A DNA stretch of 64,000 nucleotides from Harriotta raleighana (GCA_050575255.1 JBNZDD010013717.1:1609245-1673244); one strand, 5' to 3'. Counted from the first letter of the stretch, positions 27,051 through 41,110 are shown. The notes: generated by a model from the letters alone, not told the origin. Translations and numbers: made by a program.

Positions 27051-29507
27051 TTAATTTAAAAAATAATTTTATTTTAAGTATAATTTAAAAATTGTATTAC
27101 ATGCTTTGGGGAGGGTAGGAGGGAGTTCCATCTGTACTTTATATGCTGCCTCAATTCCACAAAGTAGGTTTAGCAAAACCCCAGATTATACTTCTGTCCC
27201 CAAGTTTCCACTAAATTTCCACCTTAGTTTAATAACAATAATAACAAATTACATTTGTATTTTGCCTTTCACCTTGGGAGGAAGTTCCAAGGCACTGGAT
27301 AATCAAGGATTTATTTCCCTGTTCAGACATCATTATCTCACTATGTCCTTCTTTCAAGATCCATAAGGACAGAAATTATTACATTCTATAGAGTGTTTGT
27401 TTATCTCAGTTTGTAAATAGAAAACTGGAATCGAAAAAAGTGTACTTCAAACAAACAGCAGCACCAATGGATCTCAAATGACATCAGTTCTGAGATGATT
27501 TTGGATTGGACGCAAGCTCTCATGAGTTGGTTTGACAGACATGAGATTCACTTGTGGAGATTCATTCCATGCCGGAAAGTAACTGTACCAGAGCTACCAG
27601 TGACATTAATCTGATCCCGGGTTGATTTGCCCCTCCCAAACCTGAGTCCCAAGGTCAATTGTAGTCCACCTAGCATATGATTTGTTAACAGCATTAGGTA
27701 GTTGGGGATTATTAAATGTGCTATTGGGTTTTATACCTGACCTAGCTTTCGGGATGTTGGCATTGAGATCATCTAATTTATCTCTTAATGGGATGAGTCC
27801 ACATTGCCAAAATTGGTAACTTTATTGAAATTTACTTTGTGATCTTTCATGTATCATCCTGCTTGTAAAGCTAAAACATGTTTGGTACAACTCTTGGACT
27901 TGAATACCTCCACAGTTTGTTTGTGTTTCAAGTAGAATTGTGTGTTTATGACAGGAACGCCAGACTTGGTGGGCTTCAACTCAACAAATCCTAAGGATAC
28001 GATCAATATTCATCAGCATTTTTACAATCAGTCATCTTTTAAATCTACTGGCCATTATTCACCGTTTGCCACATTTATTTCTGAGTTTAATTCCTCGTTT
28101 TTCTTATAGAATGAAGGACCATTGTGAGGAATGCTAATTTACATGCATGCAGAATGATTATTGAAAAAAAAACAGTACAATACAGAGCCTATCTCAAAAA
28201 TGTGCACCATGTAAAGCCTACAGAAGTGCATCACAAAACACAAAATGTATCAAGAATATTATTCTAAATTATATGAGGTGATAATATTTGCAAAAAATAG
28301 GCCTCGTGACAGGATTAAACATGCAATACTTCACAGTTGAGTTGAAGAGATATCATATGTGTATTTTCTCTGTTCGTATCTTTAGAGAATGAACTGAAAA
28401 GTTCACAGCTCCATCTAAACTATTGAAATCTCCACTATGTCCACAGGATCAGTCATTGTAAAACTACAGAATTCTTCCAATTGAATTTGCCACCAAATCC
28501 TTCAATGCGAATGCTTCTTTTAGTGAACTGATACTGTGTGAGAGTGAAGTCTTTGTTACTTCACAATTATTCTCATTTTCTTTACTGGAGAATGGAAAGT
28601 GACAAAAAAAAAAGGGCCCCACTTGACAATGTATAAAGGGAACAGTCGAGTCCAGTTCTCTGCCATTTGCACTGCAGTGAGAGCTTGTCACTCATGCTTA
28701 TAAGTGACCTCTTCTAGTGGAAGTGTAATTAATGATAATCAGCCAGTGTTTAACAAAGCATTGTCCAAGGTTTAAGGAGTGGCCCGCTCAATTTGTGCAT
28801 GTGAACAGCATAGAAGCTCTTTAAGGAAGCCAGTATCATGAATTTACAGGAATTAACAACAACAAAATTACATTTGTATAGTTCCTTTCACATTGGGAGG
28901 AAAAGTGGTATTGTCCTTGCGTATGCTGGTGGAAAATAAAACACCACACAATTAAATTTTACCATTCATCTAAACATCTTAGAACATAGTATAAGTAAAG
29001 ATCTGAAATGGGTGTGGATTTGAATCAGGTTTGAATCTGACCTGAAGTCAGTATATCAGGACATAGGTCTGCTTACTCCAACAGCTCGTCAACATGGCAC
29101 AATCATGTAGGAAAGAAATTACTTCAGAGGATCAGAGGATAATTACTAATAATAATAATTATTAATAATACTGTAATTATAATACTCTTGTTAAATGCAG
29201 TGTGAGACAAATAACTTGTGTTAAAATTGGTCTGGTTTGTGTAATATAATGTAAGTTCAAAGGCTGTACTATATTATAAAATGATATATTACATATCAGT
29301 GTACAGTATCTATTTAGAACAATCCTTGCTTGTCTAGACTTCTCAAAGCACATTACAGGATTTTACTGTCGAGTGACTAAGTGCTCTGAGACACTATCTG
29401 CATGAAGGGTTCTATGTCAATGCAAGTTGTTGTGTATTTATAGCAAATACAGCCCAAATTTTCACACAGCAATGTCCTACAAACAGCCATGAGGTCAATG
29501 TCCAATC

Positions 29508-29768
29508 ATGCAAGTGAGAGACCTGGGTTCAATTCCAGTCAGGGTGAAACCTTGGGCAAGTTTCCTTGCTCTACATGGCAGATAATAATCACTTGGGAAA
29601 AAAAATTGGTCATTTCAATCCTCAATTGTTGTGGGTTACTGCCGTGCACAATTCGCTGCCACGTTTCACCCCCATATATATAGCCAATTCACTTTACAGT
29701 ATATTCCATGAAGTGCTTTGAGACATCTAGAAGACATGAAAAGACATCAAATGCAAGGATTATTATTG
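29508..29768 (+). mobile_element. tRNA/Deu/L2-tail SINE, slightly 5'-truncated
   Basis: B box gggttcaattcc, then ccttgggcaagtttcc, the Deu segment and the tail tgcaaggattattatt. Confidence 0.85.
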
Positions 29769-30401
29769 TTCTTTTATCTGGGAGAAACACCATTCAAATA
29801 TTTAAATGCACATATGTTTGTCTGCATATAAATGTGTGCTGGAGAGTGGAGATCCATTGTAGTTGAAAATCATTGTGAGTTTACCACAATTCAAGTGTGG
29901 TTTCTGTCTCATTCAAGAAAACTGGTAGCTGTGAGGAACATAGCAGTTATTTAAATGACACCAGCCTTACATCCCATGTCAAGAAAAGTAAAATATGTTT
30001 ATGAGGCCATGAATGTTGACTCAGGGAGATTGTTAACCCAGATTTTAGCAGCCCCTCTGGGATTTGAGTTCCTACCTAATGGAAACCAAAGCAAATGTCA
30101 GACATGCTGGTCTTTGGATGAGAACAGAATCTGAAGTCTTCCCTGCCTGCTCTTGTAAATGATATAGATCTCACAGGCACCAGTCTTCAATGAACCCTGC
30201 CTACAGACTAATGAAAGAGGTCTGCTTAGTTCATATTTTGTTTCTGAAAGAGTTTAAAATTAAATGAAACCTTGATCGAATGCTAACAAATACAACTGAC
30301 TTGTGATATTTTTTGATGTAATAATGTTAAGAACATCAAATTACACCTTGAGAAAACAAAAATTTTGCCAAAACTCATGAAACTCATGAATATAATACTA
30401 A

Positions 30402-30777
30402 AAATAATCCTTGCATGTGATATAGTGCCTTATCACATCTTTGAAATGTCTCAAAGCACTTTGTAGAATATACTGTTAAGTAAATTGTCTGTATATTTCC
30501 TGGGAGAAACATGGCAGCCAATTCAATTGCGCACAGCAGCTTCCTACAAATAGTTATGGATTGAGTTACCAAATTTTTATTAACATTATTTTTGAAGATA
30601 TTATAATCCCAGAAAAGTAATCCAGCAATTGACAAATAACCAGGTTCCTACTTACTGCTAGGTAAGCAGAGGCGTGTGGAGTAAGAAAACTTGCCTAACG
30701 CTTTGCCCTGCCCGGGAATCAAATCCAGATCTTCTCACATGCGAGGCAAGTGCCCTAACCATTAAGCTACAGGATTT
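30402..30777 (-). mobile_element. Full-length tRNA/Deu SINE, long variant
   Basis: Head (taaccattaagctacagga) and tail (aataatccttgcat) are both present, plus an extra internal block ccaggttcctacttactgctaggtaagcagaggc. Confidence 0.8.
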
Positions 30778-31039
30778 ATACCTTTGTCGTTTTCCAAAAA
30801 AGTTTCACAGAAACTCGAGAGGAAATTTATTTATTCAAGGTTCTGGTTAATATTTAGGAGCTTCTAACTCTGAAGCAGAGGACTATACCAGAGGACTGCA
30901 GCTAGTAAATGATTTGATGATCTTTAAAGCAACGAAACAGGATGCTGGATTCATAGACTAGTTTGTCTAACATCTGCAGTGGGGCAAATAGTTTCCAGCA
31001 AATTGGAGAATGCTATAAATGTTTGTCTCAAGACAAAAG

Positions 31040-31300
31040 AGTCCAGAAGGAGCAATCAGCATGGATTGATCAGCACGTGGTCATGGCTCACAAATTCACT
31101 GGAATTCTTTTGAGGACATAACAAAATGGCGAATGGGGGTCAACTAATTTATAGCAAACAGGCTTGGATTTTCAGAAGCCAGTTGCTGAAGTTACACATG
31201 TGAAAGGTTAAATTAATTAGTGTATTGAACTTATCTGATTTACCAATAGGAAACAGATGGTAACAATAAATTGGGAAAAAAATGTGCTATCTAGAGGATA
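31040..31300 (+). mobile_element. Old CR1 RT fragment
   Basis: aatcagcatgga...tcatggctcacaaattcactggaattcttt resembles QHGF..GRSCLTNLLEFF; ttggattttcagaagcc resembles LDFQKA. Confidence 0.6.
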
Positions 31301-31319
31301 GTGGCTACTGAAGTTTTGT

Positions 31320-31622
31320 AATAATAATCCTTGCATTTGACGCTTTCACATTTTCTAAACGTTTCAAAGTGCTTCACAGAATATACTGTAAAGCAAGTGA
31401 ATTGTCTGTATATTTTTTCGACTAAATGGCAGCCAATTGCACAAAGCAGTGACCCACAAACATTTGTGGATTGAAGTGATCAAATTATTATTATTTTTAT
31501 TTGAGGGATTATTATCAGGCGTGTGGAGTAAGGAAACTTGTCCAAGGTTTCGCCTTCTGCGAATCAAACCCAGGTCTGTTGCTTGCAAGGCGAGTGCTCT
31601 AACCACTGAGCTACAGGAATCC
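31320..31622 (-). mobile_element. Full-length tRNA/Deu/L2-tail SINE
   Basis: Reverse complement of the 24163 copy; gagtgctctaaccactgagctacagga is the A box. Confidence 0.88.
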
Positions 31623-32239
31623 ATTCTGTATCCACTGTTAAGCTAAATCCAGCCCCAAAATATACAAGAAATTAGTAACGGCCCGAGCTTCTCTCTAAAA
31701 TTAGCCATTACCACAAATCCATCTCACTGTTTAGTGCTGGACTTGTAAATGGACCGAAGGTAACTCCTCTAACACATGGAAACATAAAGGAGGACTGTAT
31801 GGACACTAGCATCACCAACAACAACAACATATTACATTTGTACAGCCAAGCTTATACGTTAGAACCTTAACCTGCATTGAGCCTTTGTTTTCTTTGAAAA
31901 GAGATGAGAATAGCCAAATTGCCCTTTCACCTTACCTGTAAGACTGTGTCCAAGCAAAAAATGGTGCCAGTCACAATAACAAAACTGACAATACCACCAC
32001 TTTATTGGTATCAACAAGCCAACAATTGACTTTCAAACAATATGTTACAGGTCCCGTCACGAGCTATGCAGAGCCATAGTATTTTCCTGCTTTTCTTCCC
32101 CCGACCCCTCCCCCCACTTGACTGTACAGCGCCTTGGGACGTCCTCCTGACGTGAAAGGCGCTATATAAATATAATATATAAATAAAAATAAAAAATAAA
32201 AAAATAAAACTGCACTTTGGAACACACAGCATTGTATCT

Positions 32240-32380
32240 CACTGAGAGGCCCAAGGTGTTCAAGATAGTGATTGCAACACATAAGATCTCCAAGGGAGTT
32301 TGTCAATAGCACGATATTGTCTGCAAACGGAAGGACCACAATTCTAATGGAAATATTTGAAATAGACACATCCAGTCCGT
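32240..32380 (-). mobile_element. Non-LTR retrotransposon RT remnant (catalytic-motif region)
   Basis: Translation IRIVVLPFADNIVLLTNSLGDL resembles the RT motif L(F/Y)ADD.vLla.s..dL. Confidence 0.5.
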
Positions 32381-32569
32381 CAGATTAATTATTTATATTT
32401 TTGCATCACATTATGCAGATTTCACCCCATAGTACCTGGTATTTTAAAAGTGTCTTTCATATTGAACCCTTGCATTTAAGCCCAATGGCTTAGTTCCCTT
32501 GGCATGTCTGAAAGTATTTGTTAGTTTACATTTTCTATTTTTTTTTCTATCAGATTAAATATTTTAAAT

Positions 32570-33050
32570 ATATTCCATCAGGTCCTCGGAGAAACCTCAC
32601 TTTTCGAAGTTGAACAGTGTGAGCTTTATCTAATTATTCCTCATAGCTCATCCTCCTAAAACTGGGAGTGGCATCATTGCTCTTTTCTGCATTGCCTCAT
32701 GTACCAGATGCACTCTTATGTCAGAGCAGCCTGACCAGAGCACTGGACTGCTTCAACATCCATTCAACTGTTTTGATAATAGGACCCTGGATAGTGCTCA
32801 CCTTGTGCTGCTGCACACTATTTGGACATGGTGAGAGACGAGACAATTAACACTTATTGTCTGTTTAAGCATCCCCTTTGGCATGATCTGTCCCATCCAT
32901 GAAGAAGTTTATGTGCCTCCTGTTTGACTTCTTCCCTGCATTTAGCAACATAAATTATAAATTGTCATCGCAGTTGTAAACACGATCAGATTTCTTTTTG
33001 TAAGATGTTACCTGCTTTCTCTGATTCCCTCTAACCTGGTGTATTTTATG
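32570..33050 (-). mobile_element. Old CR1 fragment(s)
   Basis: The reverse complement tgagctatgaggaa...ctgttcaacttcgaaaag is CR1 'LSYEERL..L.LFSLEK'-like. Confidence 0.5.
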
Positions 33051-34841
33051 AATGTAACCACCTGCATCTGCAAACTAAAGTCATTCATGAACACTTGGAA
33101 CAGGAGCGGTCACCGCACAGCTGAGTTCCCGCGGGTCGATGTCATGTACAGTACATGGAATTGCCCGTAAGAGCCATAATTTACACAATGAGGCCATTTT
33201 TCCGGTGAATGAGGCATCCTTCCCACTACCATTTCCTGGACGAGTGTTGTTCCAATCTCACTGTGTTAACTGCTGCATCAAGTCAAAAAGGAAGTTTGTG
33301 CTGAGACAGTTTTATGCATCTTAGAAAAGTAGCCTACTGTGGACTCCACTCCACCTTTCTTGAGAGGACACAAAGTATAGGACCAATTAATGAGGTTCCT
33401 CATTTATTCTAAAACAGATTAAGTACATCTTTTTTTACCCTCTTTCTAAATGAATATTGTGCAATGCAAAGGCATCAAAAGAAGAAAAATCCTGATTTCT
33501 CTGGAGGAACGTAAATAGCACATATTTTATCATCTGCGGTTGGTGGAAGAGTTCTTTGAATTTATGAATAAATCTAGATAAAAAATGTCAATATTCATGT
33601 TTGTTTCTTCTCAGACTCTCCGGCCTTGCATTTAAACTCAAGAGCTTTTAGTTCCCAAAGGCATTTGCTTAAATGTTACAATTAGAGGAGTACAATATCA
33701 ACTTCCCATGGTAAAACAGGCTGGAAAAGTAGACAGTTAGATAGTAACAAGATAATATAATGGAAACTTCCATTACAGTACCAGCAGTTTAGACAATGGA
33801 ACTGCATTCTGCACTCAATGCCGTTTCCTTCAGGATCAGTAGCGGGGAGGGGGTTTGCAGGAGAATTATCCCATTCCTTCCTGTTCTTCACATATAATTT
33901 TTTAAAAGCTCACTTTCTTGTGAAAATATTGGGTGGGCATGGGAAGAGAACGGCCAAGACTGAGGAATTTATGTGGAAATCTTAAACGACATGGAAAGCA
34001 GTTTTCTCTCTCAGTTTTGTGTGAGATCAGATACGATAGTTAACTCTTTGCTCTCTCCTCACCAACGTCTTTGTGATTTATTATTCGGAATCTCTTCTGT
34101 GTGGGTGAGAATCTCCCTACACTGTGTCTTCTCCAGGAACTCCAAGGTCAGTGATTTCCACTGCACTGAGGCCTAAGAACCAAGCACTGTACCTAAGTTA
34201 CAGCGACATGATCATCAACAATAAAGCCCATGTCAGTTACATCATTTCTTCACAGTAACCCTTATGTGTCAGAGACTCACAAGTATCTTGGATGCAGTGT
34301 GCATCCATCAAAGCACGCAGCCACCACAAGTTACAAAATATCCTGTGAAGTGCTTTGAGTAGCCCAAGGCCCATGTAAGGATTATCATTATCGTGATGAG
34401 GTGTATATTCTGTGAAAATATTGGTTCAGGAGCTGAGATCTCAAATAGGAAACATTGTATATGTTGGAAGTTGGCATATGGTGGTACAATAGGTAGAGCA
34501 CTATTCAGTCCCCAGTAATCTATAAATACACCACTTGGAGTCCAATTTATAAATAAGATTCGTTGTTTTTAATTGTAATTTTGGTTAGCTACGTTTTCTA
34601 TACACACAATTACAAAAATAGAATGCACAGATGCAGATCCTTCTCCAGGATATCTACCAAAGTAAATTTTCTAGGTTTGGTCTGACTGGTCCTCCCTTTC
34701 ACTCATCACTTTCCCGATAGCAACACCGGGATTGGAAAGTCACCATGTGATGACCCGCTGAATCATATCCCACTATTTTGCGGTGCGGAGCTTTGGAACT
34801 GGACTGAATGCTACTTCTGATCATTTTGAAGAAAATACATT

Positions 34842-35124
34842 AGGAATCCTGTAGCCCACTCTTGCAAGCAAAAGACTGTGGTTCAATTCAAAGCAGGGCG
34901 AAAAACCTTGAGCAAACTTCCTTATTTCACATACCTAATAACAATCCCTCAAATAAAAATAATAAATTGGTCATTCCAATCAAGGACTATTTATGGAATA
35001 CAGCTGTGCGCAATTGGCTACCACGTCCCCCCACAAATGTACAGTCAATTCACTTTACAGCATATTCTGTGAAGCTCTTTGAGATGTGAAAAGTGCTAAA
35101 TCAAATGCAACGATTATTATTATT
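34842..35124 (+). mobile_element. tRNA/Deu/L2-tail SINE with an internal deletion in the A box
   Basis: ggaatcctgtagc-ccactcttgcaagc...ggttcaattc, then the Deu segment and the tail tgcaacgattattattatt. Confidence 0.8.
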
Positions 35125-35649
35125 CACTTCATAGTTGCTTCTGGGATATTGCTGTGCCCAAATTGCCTTCATTGTTTGCCTACATGATACAGTCACTGCT
35201 CTGACTGTATGAAAGCTCTGTGAAGCATGTTGAGATATTTAGATATTAAAAGGTATCGCATTAAATGCAAAGATTATTAGGATTATTCTTATATCAGAAG
35301 AGCGGTTTGACCAAAATTAAATAAGATATGAATTGCATTGTTGATGTGAACAAAAAAAGAGAGTAATTAAGACTGACTGCAACATGCCTTTATTCTTTTG
35401 TCGGTGTTAGTGAGCAGTGACAGTGAAAGTAAACCATTTCTTGTATGAAAATGTTCTGTTTCGTTCTTGAGCTGATAAACACCTAGAATAAACACATTAA
35501 ATAAACATTTAATCACAAAACAGCAAATATTTAAATGTCTATAAAATCCTATAATATAAAAAACTAACGTAGAATAATTTGTAGCATGTAATGTGTTACT
35601 TATCACTGTTTTTTGTAAATTTTTGGAGTTGGGAGTTTAACTATGTAGG

Positions 35650-36047
35650 CAATATGTAATAGTAACAATAATACTTGCTATTGGAATAGTGGCTTTTATT
35701 TTGTAAGAAGATCTGAAAGACCTTCACAGGATTTGCTGTTATATGTTAAGTGGCTGTGTATTTTGCCGCCAAATACAACAATCAAGGTTTGTGCAGCAGA
35801 AACATCATGAAGGGAATGGTCAATTTTATTTGGAGGATTATTGGCCAGGACCACGGGAGAAACTCCTTTTGAAAGTTTGCCACCTGAAAAGATAGCCAAG
35901 ACCTCACCCCCAACAATGCAGTGTATTGAACATCAGACTCTCAGCACTACATTGGTGTCAGACTAGATTGTATGAGTCCAAATCCCCAATGTGGGGTTTG
36001 CTCTCACAACCTTGTGACTCAGAGGCAATTTAGCCAGGCTGACACCA
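35650..36047 (-). mobile_element. Old SacSINE1-like DeuSINE
   Basis: attggccaggaccacgggagaaactcc is the Deu core, and cacaaccttgtgactcagaggcaa...ggctgac is the head. Confidence 0.65.
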
Positions 36048-36324
36048 GGCTAACTGTTGAAATATATTTGAATCTTGGGTTGGATTAAGTTTTTGCTGTG
36101 CTTTAGGCAATCTCTGACATCTACATGGAATAATGTCTGAGAATTAAAAAGAAAACAGTCTTAGGTTTATGCAGCCTTGGCGATGAAACAGATTTTCTCT
36201 GATGCCAAGGTTTTAACCTTAGGTCAAATACTGTATAACATTTTACTTCCAGTGGTTTAATGCATGAAGAAGTAATGGAAAGAAGTGGCTGCTTTTGAAG
36301 TATTTTCTCCCTCACTTATTGTCT

Positions 36325-38870
36325 TAATTGTTTTATAATGACTGTAGGATCTTGTCCAAACTGATTCACCAACCACATTTCCATTTTGTTGCTGCCAATA
36401 AATTTACCCAATTGCTACTGCATGGATGGAAAATCTAACCCATATAGAATATCTGAAAAGTTAGGAGACTGAAATGTTTGTGATCCTAAAGTGGCAGTTT
36501 TGCAATAAATTCATTCTGTCCTGATAGCCTCGAGGGACATGGATTGGATTCTAATTTTATAGTCCTGTTTAATGAGGTTGCGAACATCCAATTCTACCTG
36601 GACATCACTGTAAATTTACCAGTGTGTCCATGTACAATATTACTAAATAGAAATGACAGCAACTGGTGACGACAGGCAATCAGCAACAATTGTCCTCTTT
36701 CAATATTGTACAATTAGCAAAATTATCAGACTTCTTCCAAGAGGAAATGGAATGCTGAAACAGTCTGTTTCTCACATAGTATAAAAAGATACTCATCAAA
36801 CAGATAATGCTGCTGATGGAATGCTTTGCATTCCAGGCATGTGTCTGATCTATGTGACTACCATGCTTACAGAAAAACACAGATTTGTTTTGTGGGTGTG
36901 GGGCCGGGGAGGTCAGCCGGTTGTCTGACACACACAGAAACCCATCACCATGCTTTTGAGTATCCACACCAAGTTGAGAATTTCATGCATCCCACCTACA
37001 CATGGAAATTTCAGGGATAGATTGTTGGAACAGAATGCACACTGTCTCCCCGGAGCATCCGTCTTATAAAATACACAGAATACAAATTGACAATCGCCTT
37101 TCACTTAAGAAATTACAACAACAACAACAACAAAATTACACTTATAGAGCGCGTTTCACGTCAGGAGGACGTGCCAAGGCGCTGGACAGATTGGTTCAGG
37201 ACCCGAGCAAGGGAAAATGTTCAGGGCGAGTGGGGGGGAAGGGTGGGAGCAAGGAGGGGGTAGAGACTCGAGAGGGGAGATGAAGGCACGGTCGAAGAGA
37301 AAGGTCTTGAGACCGGCCTTGAAAGAGGAAAGGGAGGAAGCGAGGCGAAGGCACAGGGGGATGGATTAATGCTTGAACTAGATAGGTGGTGTTTGCTTAT
37401 CTTTAAATCTCATCTAAAACCTTCCTCTTCAAACATACTTATTGGTCACTTCCCCTTTACCCACCTTCCCTGTTCTTATTTAATCTGCATCTCACCTTTG
37501 TTTTTGGGGAAGCATTACAACACCTTATCCTTTCTGAAGGGTGCTATTGTGTATGATTGAGGTTTGTTGTTTGTTGTCCCAACTCTTTCCTCTACANTAA
37601 TTGTTTTATAATGACTGTAGGATCTTGTCCAAACTGATTCACCAACCACATTTCCATTTTGTTGCTGCCAATAAATTTACCCAATTGCTACTGCATGGAT
37701 GGAAAATCTAACCCATATAGAATATCTGAAAAGTTAGGAGACTGAAATGTTTGTGATCCTAAAGTGGCAGTTTTGCAATAAATTCATTCTGTCCTGATAG
37801 CCTTGAGGGACATGGATTGGATTCTAATTTTATAGTCCTGTTTAATGAGGTTGCGAACATCCAATTCTACCTGGACATCACTGTAAATTTACCAGTGTGT
37901 CCATGTACAATATTACTAAATAAAAATGACAGCAACTGGTGACGACAGGCAATCAGCAACAATTGTCCTCTTTCAATATTGTACAATTAGCAAAATTATC
38001 AGACTTCTTCCAAGAGGAAATGTAATGCTGAAACAGTCTGTTTCTCACATAGTATAAAAAGATACTCATCAAACAGATAATGCTGCTGATGGAATGCTTT
38101 GCATTCCAGGCATGTGTCTGATCTATGTGACTACCATGCTTACAGAAAAACACAGATTTGTTTTGTGGGTGTGGGGCCGGGGAGGTCAGCCGGTTGTCTG
38201 ACACACACAGAAACCCATCACCATGCTTTTGAGTATCCACACCAAGTTGAGAATTTCATGCATCCCACCTACACATGGAAATTCCAGGGATAGATTGTTG
38301 GAACAGAATGCACACTGTCTCCCCGGAGCATCCGTCTTATAAAATACACAGAATACAAATTGACAATCGCCTTTCACTTAAGAAATTACAACAACAACAA
38401 CAACAAAATTACACTTATAGAGCGCGTTTCACGTCAGGAGGACGTGCCAAGGCGCTGGACAGATTGGTTCAGGACCCGAGCAAGGGAAAATGTTCAGGGC
38501 GAGGGGGGGGGGAAGGGTGGGAGCAAGGAGGGGGTAGAGACTCGAGAGGGGAGATGAAGGCACGGTCGAAGAGAAAGGTCTTGAGACCGGCCTTGAAAGA
38601 GGAAAGGGAGGAAGCGAGGCGAAGGCACAGGGGGATGGATTAATGCTTGAACTAGATAGGTGGTGTTTGCTTATCTTTAAATCTCATCTAAAACCTTCCT
38701 CTTCAAACATACTTATTGGTCACTTCCCCTTTACCCACCTTCCCTGTTCTTATTTAATCTGCATCTCACCTTTGTTTTTGGGGAAGCATTACAACACCTT
38801 ATCCTTTCTGAAGGGTGCTATTGTGTATGATTGAGGTTTGTTGTTTGTTGTCCCAACTCTTTCCTCTACA
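36325..38870. repeat. 1.27-kb tandem duplication joined by a single N (37597); probable haplotype assembly artifact
   Basis: 36325-37596 versus 37598-38870, with about five visible differences. Confidence 0.9.
37115..37366 (-). mobile_element. Young L2 3' end (tail type B); duplicated at 38388-38640
   Basis: (caa)n aaattacacttatagagcgcgtttcacgtcaggaggacg..., with CpGs intact. Confidence 0.85.
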
Positions 38871-40509
38871 AGGTGCTGCCAGGGCCTCTCTCCACCCAGT
38901 TCCATACACATATGCAAGGAGCTAATAAATGCAAATTGTTGTTGTTGCATAAGAACAATGTTGGAAAGTACAGGGTCAGAAGCAATTTGAGATTAACAAT
39001 ACTTCCTGAATAAAAATCTTTTAAACAATGCTTTTGATCTAAATTGCAAACTCTTTTTTTCTGCTCAGTGCACCCTGTCATAATTGTTAAGTGCTTTGAG
39101 ATATTCATTCTACTTGAAAGTGGTTATATAAGTGTAAGTTGTTTTACTCCACACAATGCAATCATTTCTGTGTTGCTGAAGTCAGAATGTGGTGAGGGGG
39201 TAGGGAACAAAATGAATATTTCCTGGTTGATAGGTGAATTGATTGTTCTTCCAGGTCTTTAACATTTCACCCCTAAATCCTAACCTGGAGTCTCCAGGAT
39301 TACTTGTCAATCCATCTCATTCATAATAGTATTCTTTGCATTTGATAGCCAGCTTTCACATTGGGAGGATATCTCAAAACATTTCAAAGCTTTTCCCCTC
39401 TTTGCCCATTTTCAGATGGTGCACAAAGTCATTCCTTTTCAACAATGTCCATGGCCACCTCCTCTCTCTCCCCAGTTCGGCATCAAACTCCACAAGTATT
39501 AGAATCTCTGAGACCCTACTCCCACGTAAAGGATGCTATATAAATCCAAGTTGTTCTTGTGGTTGTCACAAGATGTACCGTAAAGTGTAATGACTAGTGC
39601 ATTTTGTAGATAAACATGGCAGATAATTACAGCACATCAACATCCCAACAAATAGCTATGAAATGAATGATCAATTCTCTTTGGGGACTTGATGGCAAGG
39701 ACACTGGGAGAATCCGCTTTCTCTTTTTAAATAATGCCATGAGTCCACCTGAAGAGGCATGTGGGGCAATGGCTTAACATCTCATCAGCATGGCATTAGA
39801 GTGTCAGCTTAGACTGTGAACCAGGCTGACACCTATTGGCTTCAATTATCTTACGCAGGATCACACAGAGAGGTACAGATGAAGAAATTAATTCAGCCTA
39901 TGTGATTTTGTTCTACCTGATGAGACAAAATACAGTATTACTGTTACAAGATTGAAACTGTTTCATAAATGAATCCGGTGTTCTTTTTACTACCCTTCCT
40001 GGTAACTAATTCCAACTGTAAATAATTATGTAAATAAATACTTCCTGGTGTTTGTCCTGAAGTTGCTCATCATAGTCCTGAACCTTTCAGTTGGTTCTCC
40101 ACCAAATTATGGAGTGGAATGAACTGTATGAATACTGCTTGATTATTGACTAACTTATATGTAAAATGAATGTATGTAATGGAACTTAATCATGCATTCA
40201 CTGAAAAAGAAAATACACTATTTCAAATGATGTTGGTTGGATAATTCATACCCAAAAGTTATTGTGGCTGATGTGTCATAATATACAGTGTACGTATACT
40301 GTAAATACATATATGTAATGTTGTTCATATACAACTGCCTTGATAAGTTTACCAGTATTAGTGACCATAAAAAACGCTGTCCAACTGATTTTAGTTTATA
40401 CTATCTTTTATGATTAAGATAAATGAATCCATTAACACACAAAAAAGAACAAATGACTTCAGATATAAAACTTATATGTTTGAAGAGTGATGATTTTTCA
40501 TCACTGTTC

Positions 40510-40970
40510 CAAACTCCGTGACCCCATCTCTCTAATCCTTGCGCGACTCCATTGGCTCCCCATCATCCAGAGGATCCAATTCACGATCCTAGTCCTCACA
40601 TTTAAAGCCCACCCCACCCATGACCTCCTATCCCCTTACTAACCTGCCCGCCCCCTCTATTCAGAAGGCTCTGGCCTGCTCCACGACCCCGACCCACCTG
40701 CCCAACCATTAGCAGGTCAACCTTCAGCCACTCTTCCCCCAACCTCTGGAAGATCATCTCAAAGTCCCTTCACCTCGCCTCCTCCCTGGCCTATTTCAAG
40801 TTTCATCTCAAGACTCTCCTCTTCGATGGACCCATTGGCAACTCCCCCCCCCGCCCCCCGCACCAACCGTCCTCAGCTCAGGTCTGAAGCAGTAACTGTC
40901 CAGCACCTTGGGACGTCCTTCTGACGTGAAAGGTGCTATACAAATGTAATTTTGTTGTTGTTCTTGTTGT
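40510..40970 (+). mobile_element. L2 LINE 3' end (tail type B)
   Basis: ctccattggctccccatcatccagaggatccaattc (LHWLP..QRIQF) through gtgaaaggtgctatacaaatgtaattttgttgttg. Confidence 0.85.
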
Positions 40971-40971
40971 T

Positions 40972-41110
40972 TTCAATCTAAATCTTTCTCTTCAACCGTG
41001 CTTAGGTCACCTTCCCCCTCCCCCTGGCTCGACCTCAGGCTCCGTCATTGTGAAGCGCTCTGACAAGCTGCTTGGCATGGAGGGCACTATATAAATGCAA
41101 GTTTTTTTTT
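40972..41110 (+). mobile_element. L2 LINE 3' tail (type A)
   Basis: cccctggctcgacctcaggctccgtcattgtgaagcgctctg...gagggcactatataaatgcaag. Confidence 0.75.

Noticed and set aside
36680-38834. Duplicated ORF set suggesting a gene duplication
   Set aside because: Product of the 1.27-kb N-joined duplication; no recognisable domain.
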